64,000 bases of DNA from a virus: IMG/VR virus record IMGVR_UViG_3300037042_004723, positions 133,280-197,279 of that record; one strand, written 5' to 3'. The translations under genes were made by a program, and so were the position numbers. Of this stretch, positions 9,272 through 18,347 are shown one piece after another. Position 1 is the stretch's first letter. Each line of letters starts with the position of its first letter. The notes beneath the pieces are model-generated. The model did not search any database and was not told the origin of the DNA. It saw nothing but the letters and a program-made list of their open reading frames with translations.

Positions 9272-12200
9272 ATGGGATTTTGGGGACAAGTCGGAGACCG
9301 CGTTCGCGGTTTATTGCGTTTCGATAAAGAGCAGGTAGTCCTTAATCTTGCCAAGGGCGGGTCTGCCTCTGGCTATCCGCAGACTGGGTTTGATCTCCTC
9401 CAGTCGTACGGCCAGGACGTCCTCAGCGACTACCTCAAGCTCGAACATGACCTGATGGCCAGGTTCGTTGACTACGAGGAGATGGACGACTATCCGGAGC
9501 TGGCGTGCCTAGACGGGGACACTCTCGTTTTCACACTGGAATACGGGTGGGAGGCGATCCGTAGCCTCGCCGCGAGAGGTGGAGACTTTCACGTTCTCGC
9601 CTATGACCGTGAGAGCAAGTCCCTGGTTCCGGCGATGGCGCGGAACGCTCGTGCCACGGGTGCGGCTGGGCACAGCAAGCAGATGGTCAGAGTTGTCATG
9701 GACAACGGGCAGGCAATCGTTTGCACGGCTGATCATATGTTCTTCTCCAAGGAGGAGAACTGGATTCAGGCTTCTGGCTTGCGGGCCGGGCAGAGGCTAA
9801 TGCCGGGGGTTCTTCGGTCAAGGAGCCTGAACGGTGACTCGGATGGCTCCTACTGGGAGGTTCACCAGCCGAATAGCGACTCGGTTATCAGAACTTCCGA
9901 TGGGAAGCGCTGGACGTGGGTTCATCGCCTGGTGGGAGAGATGATGCTGGGAGCCGGGCGCGGAGATATCGTCCATCACAAGGATGAGAATTCCCTTAAC
10001 AACGCCCCAGACAATCTGAGCGTGGAAACATACAGCAGCCATGCTGGCGTCCATATCGCCAGGATCAACAATTCATCATATCTGCCTGAATGGAATGACG
10101 AGCGCAAGAGAGCTAAGTCATTGGCGATGCTTGGCAATTCGCATAGAATTGGCAAGCGCGACAGCGCGGAGACTCGCGCTAAAAAGTCGGCGGCTCGTGC
10201 AGGTCGGCCGCTCACGGATGATCATCGCCGAAAAATTGGCGACGCTCACCGGGTTAGCTTTACTCGTGAGCAAGTGGAGTCGGCCTACAGGAGTGGCGGG
10301 TCTGTCGCCGAGGCGGCGAGGATTCTGGGCGTGTCGTGGGGTACGGCTCGCCGGAACCTTGATCGCTATGACCTAATTGTTGACGATGGGAATCACCGCG
10401 TAGTTCGCGTTGAGTTCCTCGATGATCGTCCCGAGATTTTCGATCTTGAGGTTCCTGGCTATCACAACTTTGTCTGCAATGGCGTTGTTGTTCATAATTC
10501 AGCCATCGATATTTATGCCGACGACGCGACGCAAACGGAGTCGCTTCAGAACAAGGTCGTTTGGATCGATAGTCCAGACAAGACCGTTCAGATGATTCTG
10601 GAAGATCTTCTCTGGAAGAGACTTCGCATCGACGAGGAGGTCTGGGAGATCACCCGGACCCTGGTCAAGTACGGCAACGACTACGAGGAGCTTCTCGTAA
10701 CCGGTGACGGTCTGGTTGGCCTCAATTTCCTGCCTCCTCCCACGATGCGTCGAATCGAAGGCCGGCGTGGGGAGTTGTTTGGATTCGTCCAGGACTACAA
10801 GGGGCGCTTCGGATACAGCCCTGAGGAGTTCAAGCAGCTATTGACCCAGCGTGCGGCTGGTGGGAATAGCCCGCAGAACAAGTATGCCGCCCTTGAGGAT
10901 TGGGAGGTCTCCCACTTCAGGCTGAGGTCGAAGCATCGTCGGTCGATCTATGGGTACTCGGTCCTTGAGCCAGCTCGTTGGATCTGGAAGCGCCTTATGC
11001 TTCTTGAGGATGCAGCGATGGTCTATCGACTGCAGCGCGCTCCGCAGCGGTACGCCTTCTATATTGACGTTGGCGATATGCCGCCGAAGGAAGCGATGGG
11101 CTTCCTTCATAAGATGCGTCAGCAGTACAAGAAGACTAAGTTTTACAATCCGCAGTGCCTGACCGGCGAAACCTGCGTGACGTTGCTGGATGGCACCGAC
11201 AAGAGCATGTCGGAGCTTGTTCGCGACTACGCTGACAAGACGTTCGACGTGTTCTCCTACGATTTGGAGACCGGTCGCGTGGTGCCGGGCAAGGCCAGAA
11301 ACCCTCGCCTGACCCATGAGCAGGCGCCGATCTGGCGGGTGGTGTTGGATAACGGTTCCGTCGTGCGCTGCACGGGGAATCACCCGTTCCTGATGAGGGA
11401 CGGTGAGTACAAGGCTGCCAATACGCTCGCGTCCGGCGATTCCCTGATGCCGCTGTACATGTCACGCGGGTCGAAGGGCACGCATGGCTACTGGATGTAT
11501 CAGGAGCCTGGAACCGGCCAGCGCAAGCATGTCCATCGGATGGTCGCGGAGGCTGTATGGCCAGATATGGCTGCGGCGAATATGCAGGTTCATCACGTTG
11601 ATCACAACAAGGCCAATAACGCCCCCGGGAACCTGCAGTGGCTGACCGCGTCCGAGCATGCGCTGCATCATCCTGAGCGCCATCAGGCCGCGCGAGCTGC
11701 CTACGTCAAGCGCGTCAAGAATGATGAGGCGTTCAGGCGCGAAATCGCAGGGCGAATCTCCAACTGGCGCAAGACAAAGCCTGACGAGGCGTTCGCGGCG
11801 ACGTCGAGCCACAGCAAGCAGATCATGGCCGACCGGGTGGCTTCGGCCAAGCCGGCTCACGATGCCATGATGGTCATCATCGAGGGCGAGGTCGTTAGAG
11901 ATCCGCTCGTGGTTATCGAGGAACTCGCCGACCGGCTCAACGCGAACGATGAGTTCGCTAAGCTCTACGCTGACCTTCCAACCACAAAGAATTCGACAAT
12001 CACAGGCGGATGCCTGCACGCATTCTTGCGTCGTCATGGTTTTGACGGCTTCAAGGACTTCAAGAACAAGAAGACCAATCAGGCTCGGTGGAGAAATCGC
12101 ACATACGGCAAGGAGGTCACCGAAGGCACGGAGGCGCACAACCATAAGGTCGTTAGCGTTTCATTCGAAGGATACGAGGACGTCTATAATATGGACGTCG

Positions 12201-14410
12201 AAAAGTATCATAATTTTGCCCTTACAAATGGCGTATTCGTCCATAATACCGGCAAGTTAGATCTCAAGTACAACCCGCTCTCGCAGGACGAGGATTTCTT
12301 CGTTCCCGTGCGCAAGGGTGTCCAGGCGACCAAGATTGACGTCGTGGGCTCGCCATCATGGCAGCACATGGAGGACATCGAATACTTCAAGCTGAAGCTC
12401 TACGCGGCGATCAAAGTTCCCAAGGTCTACCTCGGGTCTGAGGCACCGCGAGCCAAGGGCGTGCTGTGCTTGACTGGCGACACGCAGGTACCGCTGCTTG
12501 ATGGTCGGCAGATTGCGCTCAAAGATCTTGCCGCAGAGCACGGCGCCGACGGCACCTTCTACGTTTACTCCTGTGACAAGGATGGCAACGTTGTGCCCGG
12601 TGAGGCCGTTGGCTGCCAGATGACCAGGCCCGACGCTGAAGTCTGGGAGGTCGAACTGGACGATGGCTCTAAGGTTCGCGGGACGGCAGACCATCCGTTC
12701 TTGATGCGTGATGGGACTTATTGTGAACTTGGGTCCCTCAAGCCAGGCGATTCCCTGATGCCGCTCTACCGCAAGGAGGCAAGTGGCACGGGGCGCGGCG
12801 AGAAGCTGGCCGGATACGAGATGGTCCAGCATCCGTCTACTGGCAACTGGGAGTACACACATCAGGCGGTCAGCCGGGATGCGTGGGGTGATGCCTGGTA
12901 CATGCTCGATGGCAAGCAGGCCGTCTGTCACCATGCCTCATTCGACAAGAGGAATAACGATCCTCGCTCCTTGGTGCGCCTGACCAAGGAAGATCACATC
13001 CTCCTGCACGCAGATCACGCAGAAAAGACCCTGCAGCGTCCAGATGTTGTTGAGGCCAGACGCAAAGGGGTCAAGGCATGGACCGACACCGAGAGGTGTA
13101 AGGACATCGCCAGGGGTAACCTGGCTGCCGTGAAGGCAGATCCGGACTCCGCCTGGTGGGCCTGGCAGCAGTCTGACGAGCATCGCGCCGCCAAGTCATC
13201 ACAGATGACAGTCCAGTGGAGCGACGACTCGTCTCTGATGCGAAGCTCTCATCAGACGGATGAGTTCAGAGAGACGATGAGCGCGGCTGCGTCCAACAAC
13301 TGGGACGATCCAGACTATCGGTCGCAGCGCGAAGGAGCCAATAACTCCAGATGGAGAGGCGACGTCAACCTTCAGCACCTGATTAACATCGCTGATAGTT
13401 ATCGGTGCCGTAATCGGGACGAGCTGATCAAGTGGTCGAAGTGCTCGTGGTCGCTGATTGCCAGGATCTTTCGCGATAACGAGACCTCGTACGCCGAATT
13501 CGCTGCCAAATATATGGTCGGCGGATACAGGCTGTGCGCGAAGGGCGTTGGGCCGGTCATGACTCCGGACATCTTGACCAACAACTTGCCTGCACCCGTT
13601 AATCACTCGGTTGTCGCAGTTCGATTTGTTGGCCGCGAGGATTGCTACGACATCACGGTCAAGCAGCATCACAACTTCGCCGTGGCGGCCGGTGGCGTAA
13701 GCGGTGTTTTTGTTCATAATTCGCAGGAAGACGTACGTTTTGCCAGAACCGTCCTGCGTATCCAGCGTGAAGTGAGGAACGGCATCAAGAAGATGTGCCG
13801 CGTCCACTTGGCTGCTCTCGGCATCAATCCGAGCCAGGTCGACTTCGAGGTCTACATGACGACCCCGAGTTCGATCTTCGAATTGGCTCAGCTAGAGGTC
13901 AGAAATGCGAAGGCGGACTTTGCTGGCCGCATGAGCCAGTTTGTTTCCTTGCACTGGATTCTCCAGAAGGTATTTGGACTTAGCGAGGAAGAGATCGAGT
14001 ACATCATCAAGGAGCGCCATCAGGAGCAACTTGCTGATGCCGAGGTTCAGTCGAAGGCCATGGGCCTCACCGTGGACGTGCAGAATACGGCCGCCCTGAA
14101 GCAGCAGGCTGCGACGACCAGTCTCCAGCAGCAGATGGCAACGGCTCAGCCGAACACGCAGGCATCCGAGGACCTGCGCAAGCACATGCGCGCCTCAGGC
14201 AGCCTGTCTCATATGTGGCCACAAATGAGACAAAACCTTGGCTATCGCCCGATATCCGAACAAGAGCTATTCCACGGCAATCGTGAGCACGAGAAACTTG
14301 TTGGGGACAATCTGGAGAAGATCCTGGAGTCCAATACGTCTTTAGCCAGGAGACTCGCTGAGTTGGGTCAATTGGTTAACGAATTGAAGATGAGCATGCC
14401 TGGTCGCTAG
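9272..14410 (+). CDS. Portal protein (T4 gp20-like) with three inteins (spliced product 599 aa)
   Basis: Exteins rejoin as DYPELA|SAIDIYADDA, RYAFYIDVGDMP...KFYNPQ|TGKLDLKYNPLSQDEDFFVPVR and YFKLKLYAAIKVP...GVL|SQEDVRFAR, matching gp20 motifs. Confidence 0.93.
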   Translation: MGFWGQVGDRVRGLLRFDKEQVVLNLAKGGSASGYPQTGFDLLQSYGQDVLSDYLKLEHDLMARFVDYEEMDDYPELACLDGDTLVFTLEYGWEAIRSLAARGGDFHVLAYDRESKSLVPAMARNARATGAAGHSKQMVRVVMDNGQAIVCTADHMFFSKEENWIQASGLRAGQRLMPGVLRSRSLNGDSDGSYWEVHQPNSDSVIRTSDGKRWTWVHRLVGEMMLGAGRGDIVHHKDENSLNNAPDNLSVETYSSHAGVHIARINNSSYLPEWNDERKRAKSLAMLGNSHRIGKRDSAETRAKKSAARAGRPLTDDHRRKIGDAHRVSFTREQVESAYRSGGSVAEAARILGVSWGTARRNLDRYDLIVDDGNHRVVRVEFLDDRPEIFDLEVPGYHNFVCNGVVVHNSAIDIYADDATQTESLQNKVVWIDSPDKTVQMILEDLLWKRLRIDEEVWEITRTLVKYGNDYEELLVTGDGLVGLNFLPPPTMRRIEGRRGELFGFVQDYKGRFGYSPEEFKQLLTQRAAGGNSPQNKYAALEDWEVSHFRLRSKHRRSIYGYSVLEPARWIWKRLMLLEDAAMVYRLQRAPQRYAFYIDVGDMPPKEAMGFLHKMRQQYKKTKFYNPQCLTGETCVTLLDGTDKSMSELVRDYADKTFDVFSYDLETGRVVPGKARNPRLTHEQAPIWRVVLDNGSVVRCTGNHPFLMRDGEYKAANTLASGDSLMPLYMSRGSKGTHGYWMYQEPGTGQRKHVHRMVAEAVWPDMAAANMQVHHVDHNKANNAPGNLQWLTASEHALHHPERHQAARAAYVKRVKNDEAFRREIAGRISNWRKTKPDEAFAATSSHSKQIMADRVASAKPAHDAMMVIIEGEVVRDPLVVIEELADRLNANDEFAKLYADLPTTKNSTITGGCLHAFLRRHGFDGFKDFKNKKTNQARWRNRTYGKEVTEGTEAHNHKVVSVSFEGYEDVYNMDVEKYHNFALTNGVFVHNTGKLDLKYNPLSQDEDFFVPVRKGVQATKIDVVGSPSWQHMEDIEYFKLKLYAAIKVPKVYLGSEAPRAKGVLCLTGDTQVPLLDGRQIALKDLAAEHGADGTFYVYSCDKDGNVVPGEAVGCQMTRPDAEVWEVELDDGSKVRGTADHPFLMRDGTYCELGSLKPGDSLMPLYRKEASGTGRGEKLAGYEMVQHPSTGNWEYTHQAVSRDAWGDAWYMLDGKQAVCHHASFDKRNNDPRSLVRLTKEDHILLHADHAEKTLQRPDVVEARRKGVKAWTDTERCKDIARGNLAAVKADPDSAWWAWQQSDEHRAAKSSQMTVQWSDDSSLMRSSHQTDEFRETMSAAASNNWDDPDYRSQREGANNSRWRGDVNLQHLINIADSYRCRNRDELIKWSKCSWSLIARIFRDNETSYAEFAAKYMVGGYRLCAKGVGPVMTPDILTNNLPAPVNHSVVAVRFVGREDCYDITVKQHHNFAVAAGGVSGVFVHNSQEDVRFARTVLRIQREVRNGIKKMCRVHLAALGINPSQVDFEVYMTTPSSIFELAQLEVRNAKADFAGRMSQFVSLHWILQKVFGLSEEEIEYIIKERHQEQLADAEVQSKAMGLTVDVQNTAALKQQAATTSLQQQMATAQPNTQASEDLRKHMRASGSLSHMWPQMRQNLGYRPISEQELFHGNREHEKLVGDNLEKILESNTSLARRLAELGQLVNELKMSMPGR
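9506..10498 (+). mobile_element. Portal intein 1 (331 aa, HNH + NUMOD3-like + HTH)
   Basis: CLDGDTLVF...NGVVVHN|S; WVHRLV...VHHKDENSLNNAPDNL; C-terminal SVAEAARILGVS HTH. Confidence 0.92.
11156..12247 (+). mobile_element. Portal intein 2 (364 aa, HNH)
   Basis: CLTGETCV...NGVFVHN|T; HVHRMVAE...VHHVDHNKANNAPGNL. Confidence 0.92.
12467..13720 (+). mobile_element. Portal intein 3 (418 aa, HNH-like)
   Basis: CLTGDTQVP...SGVFVHN|S; YTHQAV...CHHASFDKRNNDPRSL. Confidence 0.92.
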
Positions 14411-14491
14411 ATTCATTTTCTAAATGGATCTAGCCATGCTTGACACACGCAATCATTTGCAGCAGGATCCCTCACACAAAGGTCTGAACTG

Positions 14492-15451
14492 GTGGCAAAT
14501 AATCAAACATCGACTGCGAGGATTGTTTCTCTCGATGCGATTAAGACCCTCGTTGAGGGCTCTCATGAGCATCTTGGCTTCGTTTTAGACGAGGCCCTGC
14601 TTGATGGCAGAGATATCTTTACCGCTGGCCGGTCTGTCGACGTGACCAGGATGGCCACGTTCAGCGATTATATGGTTGTCGGGACGTCTGATGGCCAGTA
14701 CTTCAATGTGAAGTTCGAGCACTCCGATGGAGGAGTTGTACTCCTCGCTCCGACGAAGGTTGCTGTGCCAGTCGTTACCTCGTCGAACGCGACCAAGTCC
14801 GTAAAGGATTTTACTCTTAGCGCCGTTGACGCGCTGATGTCTGAGGGATCCCCGGGTGTGGTTGGTCGGATTTTGGCCCTGGCAGATCTCCAGGAGCAGC
14901 GTCAGGTGTGGGGGGCCAGGGACTATCCTGCGGAGGCGGTTGCGGCCGTTTCCGATGGAAGGCCATGGCGTCAGGCGCTCGCTGCTCAGTGGGGCGAGAT
15001 CAGCAGACAGGTAGTCGATAAGCTTGAATCGATCAGGGGCGTTGCCCTTGAGGCGAAGTACAAGCCGATGTATGAGTCTGACGATATCCCAGAGGAGAAG
15101 TTCGAGACTTATCGGCCTCTCGCTGAGGCAGATCTCAACGTCCTCGCTGGACGACTCCAGTCCATCCACGAGGCTGTCGAGTCAGTCTATCTTCCGTTCA
15201 GGGACTCCCTAAGTAAGAGCGACCTGGATGAGTCGGAAGAGGACGTCCTGTCCCACTTCTGTTTCTTCTCCGAGGACCTGATTGCGGATCTCAGCGAGAT
15301 CAGGTCGTTGGTGGCGGACACTCTCGAAAACGAGCAGTGTGTTATGTGCCTTGGACAGGTCTACGACACGATCGCTGAGTCGCTTACGGATTGCGAGATC
15401 GCCGGTAGCTTTGTCCAGCGTATGGCTGGCGCACTAGACGATGCGGCGTAG
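14492..15451 (+). CDS. Hypothetical head-assembly protein (prohead-core position)
   Basis: GTG start; lies between portal and protease where T4 has its core proteins; acidic, helical. Confidence 0.55.
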   Translation: MANNQTSTARIVSLDAIKTLVEGSHEHLGFVLDEALLDGRDIFTAGRSVDVTRMATFSDYMVVGTSDGQYFNVKFEHSDGGVVLLAPTKVAVPVVTSSNATKSVKDFTLSAVDALMSEGSPGVVGRILALADLQEQRQVWGARDYPAEAVAAVSDGRPWRQALAAQWGEISRQVVDKLESIRGVALEAKYKPMYESDDIPEEKFETYRPLAEADLNVLAGRLQSIHEAVESVYLPFRDSLSKSDLDESEEDVLSHFCFFSEDLIADLSEIRSLVADTLENEQCVMCLGQVYDTIAESLTDCEIAGSFVQRMAGALDDAA

Positions 15452-15484
15452 GCCAGGAACCTCGACGACCACAGGAGAAGCAAG

Positions 15485-16507
15485 ATGATTCACAACAGGT
15501 ATCCAGTCCAGCTTACGACCCTCGAAGAGGATTTCCGCGCTATCGGCCTGCTCCCCCAGCGTGAGCTGTCGGAGTCCGACGATTCGGCGGTGCCGCGCGA
15601 TATTCCCTCCCCGGCCCCGGAGACGAATACCGGCAGCGACATGCAGGCGATGCCCGCCCGGCACAAGTACGCCAAGCAGCCGAAGCCAAAGATGGCCCCG
15701 GACGATACCAACGATCATGACGATCCGTTGGAGGCTGGCGCAACTCAGCGCAGGAAGGGCTCCGGCTCGTACAGGACAGTCTCCGGTGGCAAGGAAGCCA
15801 GCCTTGGTCGCATGGAGTCCGCTGAGCCCAAGGGCTATCAGCTACTCAAGAATAAGATCATGAAGGGCGCCAAGGACAACGGCAGGGAGCCGTCTATCGC
15901 CAGAGGCCTTGCCCCCGTCAACAAGCACGCCGGAATGATCAAGAAGGAGTCGGCCAACATCAGCCGCGCTTCTGAGCTTGTGAATGAGGTCGAGGCGCTC
16001 ATCAACGGCTCGCAGGTCAGCGAGGACTATAACAACCTCGCCCACGGGTTCTCGCTCATTGGCGAGAACTGTGCGCTGCTTGCCGATCGCCTGGTCGATC
16101 TCGCCGAGCACTACAACGTGGATCGTGCAATTTCGGCCATGGAGTCTCTCTACAACAACGCCATCGAGGCGGCTCAGATTGTCGAGATGAAGGCCAAGAA
16201 GAAGGACAAGGACGACGATTCGGACGACGATGACGATGATGATTCGGACGCCGACGAGGCGCTTGAGTCCATCAAGGAAGCCTTCCGTCTCATGACCCTT
16301 CAGCTGATGGATGCGGTTGAGGCGTACGACGCCACCATCACCAAGGACGACGATTCGGACGACGACGACGACGACGACGATGACGACGATGATGACGATG
16401 ATGACGACGATGATGACGACGATGACGATGACGATGACGAGGGTGGCATTGCTGCTCGGATGGCTAAGCTGAGGGCAGGTAAGGGCAAGGGCCCTTTCGG
16501 CAAGTAG
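15485..16507 (+). CDS. Prohead-core/scaffold-like protein with poly-Asp tracts (340 aa; possible 415-aa frameshift form ending at 16731)
   Basis: RBS AGGAG upstream; charged low-complexity protein; position just before the protease. Confidence 0.6.
   Translation: MIHNRYPVQLTTLEEDFRAIGLLPQRELSESDDSAVPRDIPSPAPETNTGSDMQAMPARHKYAKQPKPKMAPDDTNDHDDPLEAGATQRRKGSGSYRTVSGGKEASLGRMESAEPKGYQLLKNKIMKGAKDNGREPSIARGLAPVNKHAGMIKKESANISRASELVNEVEALINGSQVSEDYNNLAHGFSLIGENCALLADRLVDLAEHYNVDRAISAMESLYNNAIEAAQIVEMKAKKKDKDDDSDDDDDDDSDADEALESIKEAFRLMTLQLMDAVEAYDATITKDDDSDDDDDDDDDDDDDDDDDDDDDDDDDDDEGGIAARMAKLRAGKGKGPFGK
16346..16438 (+). repeat. (GAC/GAT)n microsatellite encoding DDDS plus 27 consecutive Asp
   Basis: Directly visible; a shorter acidic tract sharing AAGGACGACGATTCGGACGACGA lies at about 16208-16255. 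Confidence 0.95.
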
Positions 16508-16580
16508 GGCTCCAGACCGAGGAGCCCAGGGCTAGGCGAACGGCCTACGCATCGGGACGCAAGGAATTGGCATTCGGTCT
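16492..16580 (+). other. Candidate -1 ribosomal frameshift element (slippery heptamer + pseudoknot)
   Basis: C CCT TTC in frame; stem GGGCTCC/GGAGCCC (16507-13/16521-27); loop AGACCGA complementary to TCGGTCT (16574-80); -1 frame open to TAA 16729-31. Confidence 0.7.
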
Positions 16581-16730
16581 AGAGCCACGTGACGGCCCAA
16601 TGGGCAAATCAACAAGGAGTCCAAAGCGGAGAAAAAGCAGTTCAGATCTATCGCTTTGTTACGATGTGAGTTTCAAGTCGCCCGTAATTAAAAGATCTGA
16701 ATTCAGTTTCCCATTTTGGTCAAAAGGCTA

Positions 16731-18329
16731 ATGTCCAACGAAAAACAACTACTTGTTGACACGTTTTCCTTCAGGGCTACCGTCCTGGAGGAAAGCAAGT
16801 CAGGTCCCGGCGAGTACATCGCCAAGGGCGAGTTTGCTCGTTCGGATAGACCAACCGAGAACAAGCGACTATATCCAGCGACCCTCTGGGAGCGCGAGAT
16901 CGGACGCCTGTCTAAGCAGATGAAGGAAATGAAGGTCTACGGCGAGCTGGATCATCCGATGGATGGTCGGACGCAGCTCAAGCGCGTATCCCACATTATT
17001 TCCGACCTCCACATGGAGGGCAACATTGTCGTCGGTACGGCTCGCATCCTCAACACGACTGAGGGCAGAAACCTCAAGGCAATCATTGAGGCAGGCGGAG
17101 CAGTTGGTGTTTCGTCTCGTGGATTTGGTACTACCAAGCCAAACCTTCAGGGAGAAGAGGTTGTTCAGCCGGATTATCGGTTGATGACTTTCGATTTTGT
17201 CGCTGAGCCAGCGCAGCAGAGCGCCTATCCGAAAATTAGCATCGAGAGCACTAATGCTCATCGAAAGATGGAGGCAGCAATGGATGAGAGTATGACATTT
17301 AATGAGTTCAAGAGGACTCATCCTGAGCTGGCCGAGCACTTTGCTGACGACGCTCAGCGTGAGTACGAGAAGCGTGGCGCTGAGATTTGGGCCAAGAAGA
17401 TTCTTGGCACCAAAACTGAGGTCGCCACGAATCTCCGTGCCGAGTTCGCCGAGAAGCTTGAGGCGGCCGTCGCTGAGGCCAAGAAGGAGATGGAGAAGTC
17501 CGTCACCGAGCGCCTCATGAATGACCCCTCGGTTGCCCTTGCCAAGAAGGCGATGAGCGAGCTGAAGGACGTCCTTCGTCCGTTCGTTATTCCTTCCGAC
17601 GTGGAGTCGGTCGTCAGGTCAAAGGAAGAGGTCATCGGCCAGCTTGAGAACAAGCTGGCGGAGAAGGATCTCGAAATTGCTAACCTGATCAGCGAGAATG
17701 ACAAGCTTGCGAAGATCGCCAAGGAAGCTGGCTACAGGTATCACCTGGAGCAGCGCCTGAACGATATCGGTAACGCGGACGAGATCCGCTCTCTGGTTGG
17801 TGATGTGAAGCGGTACAGGACCCTAAGGGATATGGACAAGCAGATCGTTCAGATCGCTGAGTCCATCGCCCTCAGAGATACTGAGGAGTCGAGGCGCGAT
17901 GAGCGCGTCGCTCAACTTGAGGAAGAGGTTGCCACGCAGAAGCTGATCGCCGAGAAGGCGCTTGAGGCTAGCAAGCACCTCGCTGCCCAGGTCTACCTGG
18001 AGCAGCGCCTCGCAAATCACCCCAATCAGGAGTACGCGCGTACTCTCACTGAGTCTCGTCAGCCCGCGACCAAGGAACAGGTCGATGCGCTGATGGCGAA
18101 GTCACTGCCCCGGGTATCCGTTACTGAGGATATCGAAGCAGCTCGGGCCCGCGTTCGTCAGTTGACGAACAGCGGTACTCGTGAGTATCTGCAGGAGCAG
18201 GAAGAGGGCAAGGGATCTATGGGTGGTAACCATGATGGTGCCACTCGCGATTACAACGGGCTCGGAGCGAATCTCAACGAGATCCGTGCCCTATCGGGGC
18301 TGCCAGGCAAGGGCACTCAGAGCAACTAA
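16731..18329 (+). CDS. Prohead protease (T4 gp21-like) fused to a coiled-coil scaffold domain
   Basis: NKRLYP, YGELDHP, VSHII, VGVSSRGFG, FDFVAEPA motifs; long C-terminal helical region; ATG 16731 preferred over TTG 16716. Confidence 0.92.
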   Translation: MSNEKQLLVDTFSFRATVLEESKSGPGEYIAKGEFARSDRPTENKRLYPATLWEREIGRLSKQMKEMKVYGELDHPMDGRTQLKRVSHIISDLHMEGNIVVGTARILNTTEGRNLKAIIEAGGAVGVSSRGFGTTKPNLQGEEVVQPDYRLMTFDFVAEPAQQSAYPKISIESTNAHRKMEAAMDESMTFNEFKRTHPELAEHFADDAQREYEKRGAEIWAKKILGTKTEVATNLRAEFAEKLEAAVAEAKKEMEKSVTERLMNDPSVALAKKAMSELKDVLRPFVIPSDVESVVRSKEEVIGQLENKLAEKDLEIANLISENDKLAKIAKEAGYRYHLEQRLNDIGNADEIRSLVGDVKRYRTLRDMDKQIVQIAESIALRDTEESRRDERVAQLEEEVATQKLIAEKALEASKHLAAQVYLEQRLANHPNQEYARTLTESRQPATKEQVDALMAKSLPRVSVTEDIEAARARVRQLTNSGTREYLQEQEEGKGSMGGNHDGATRDYNGLGANLNEIRALSGLPGKGTQSN

Positions 18330-18347
18330 AGGCACGGAGGAGATTTT

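Noticed and set aside
16346-16438. CRISPR-like or non-coding repeat array
   Set aside because: Simple in-frame trinucleotide repeat with no spacers; no CRISPR array seen anywhere in the window
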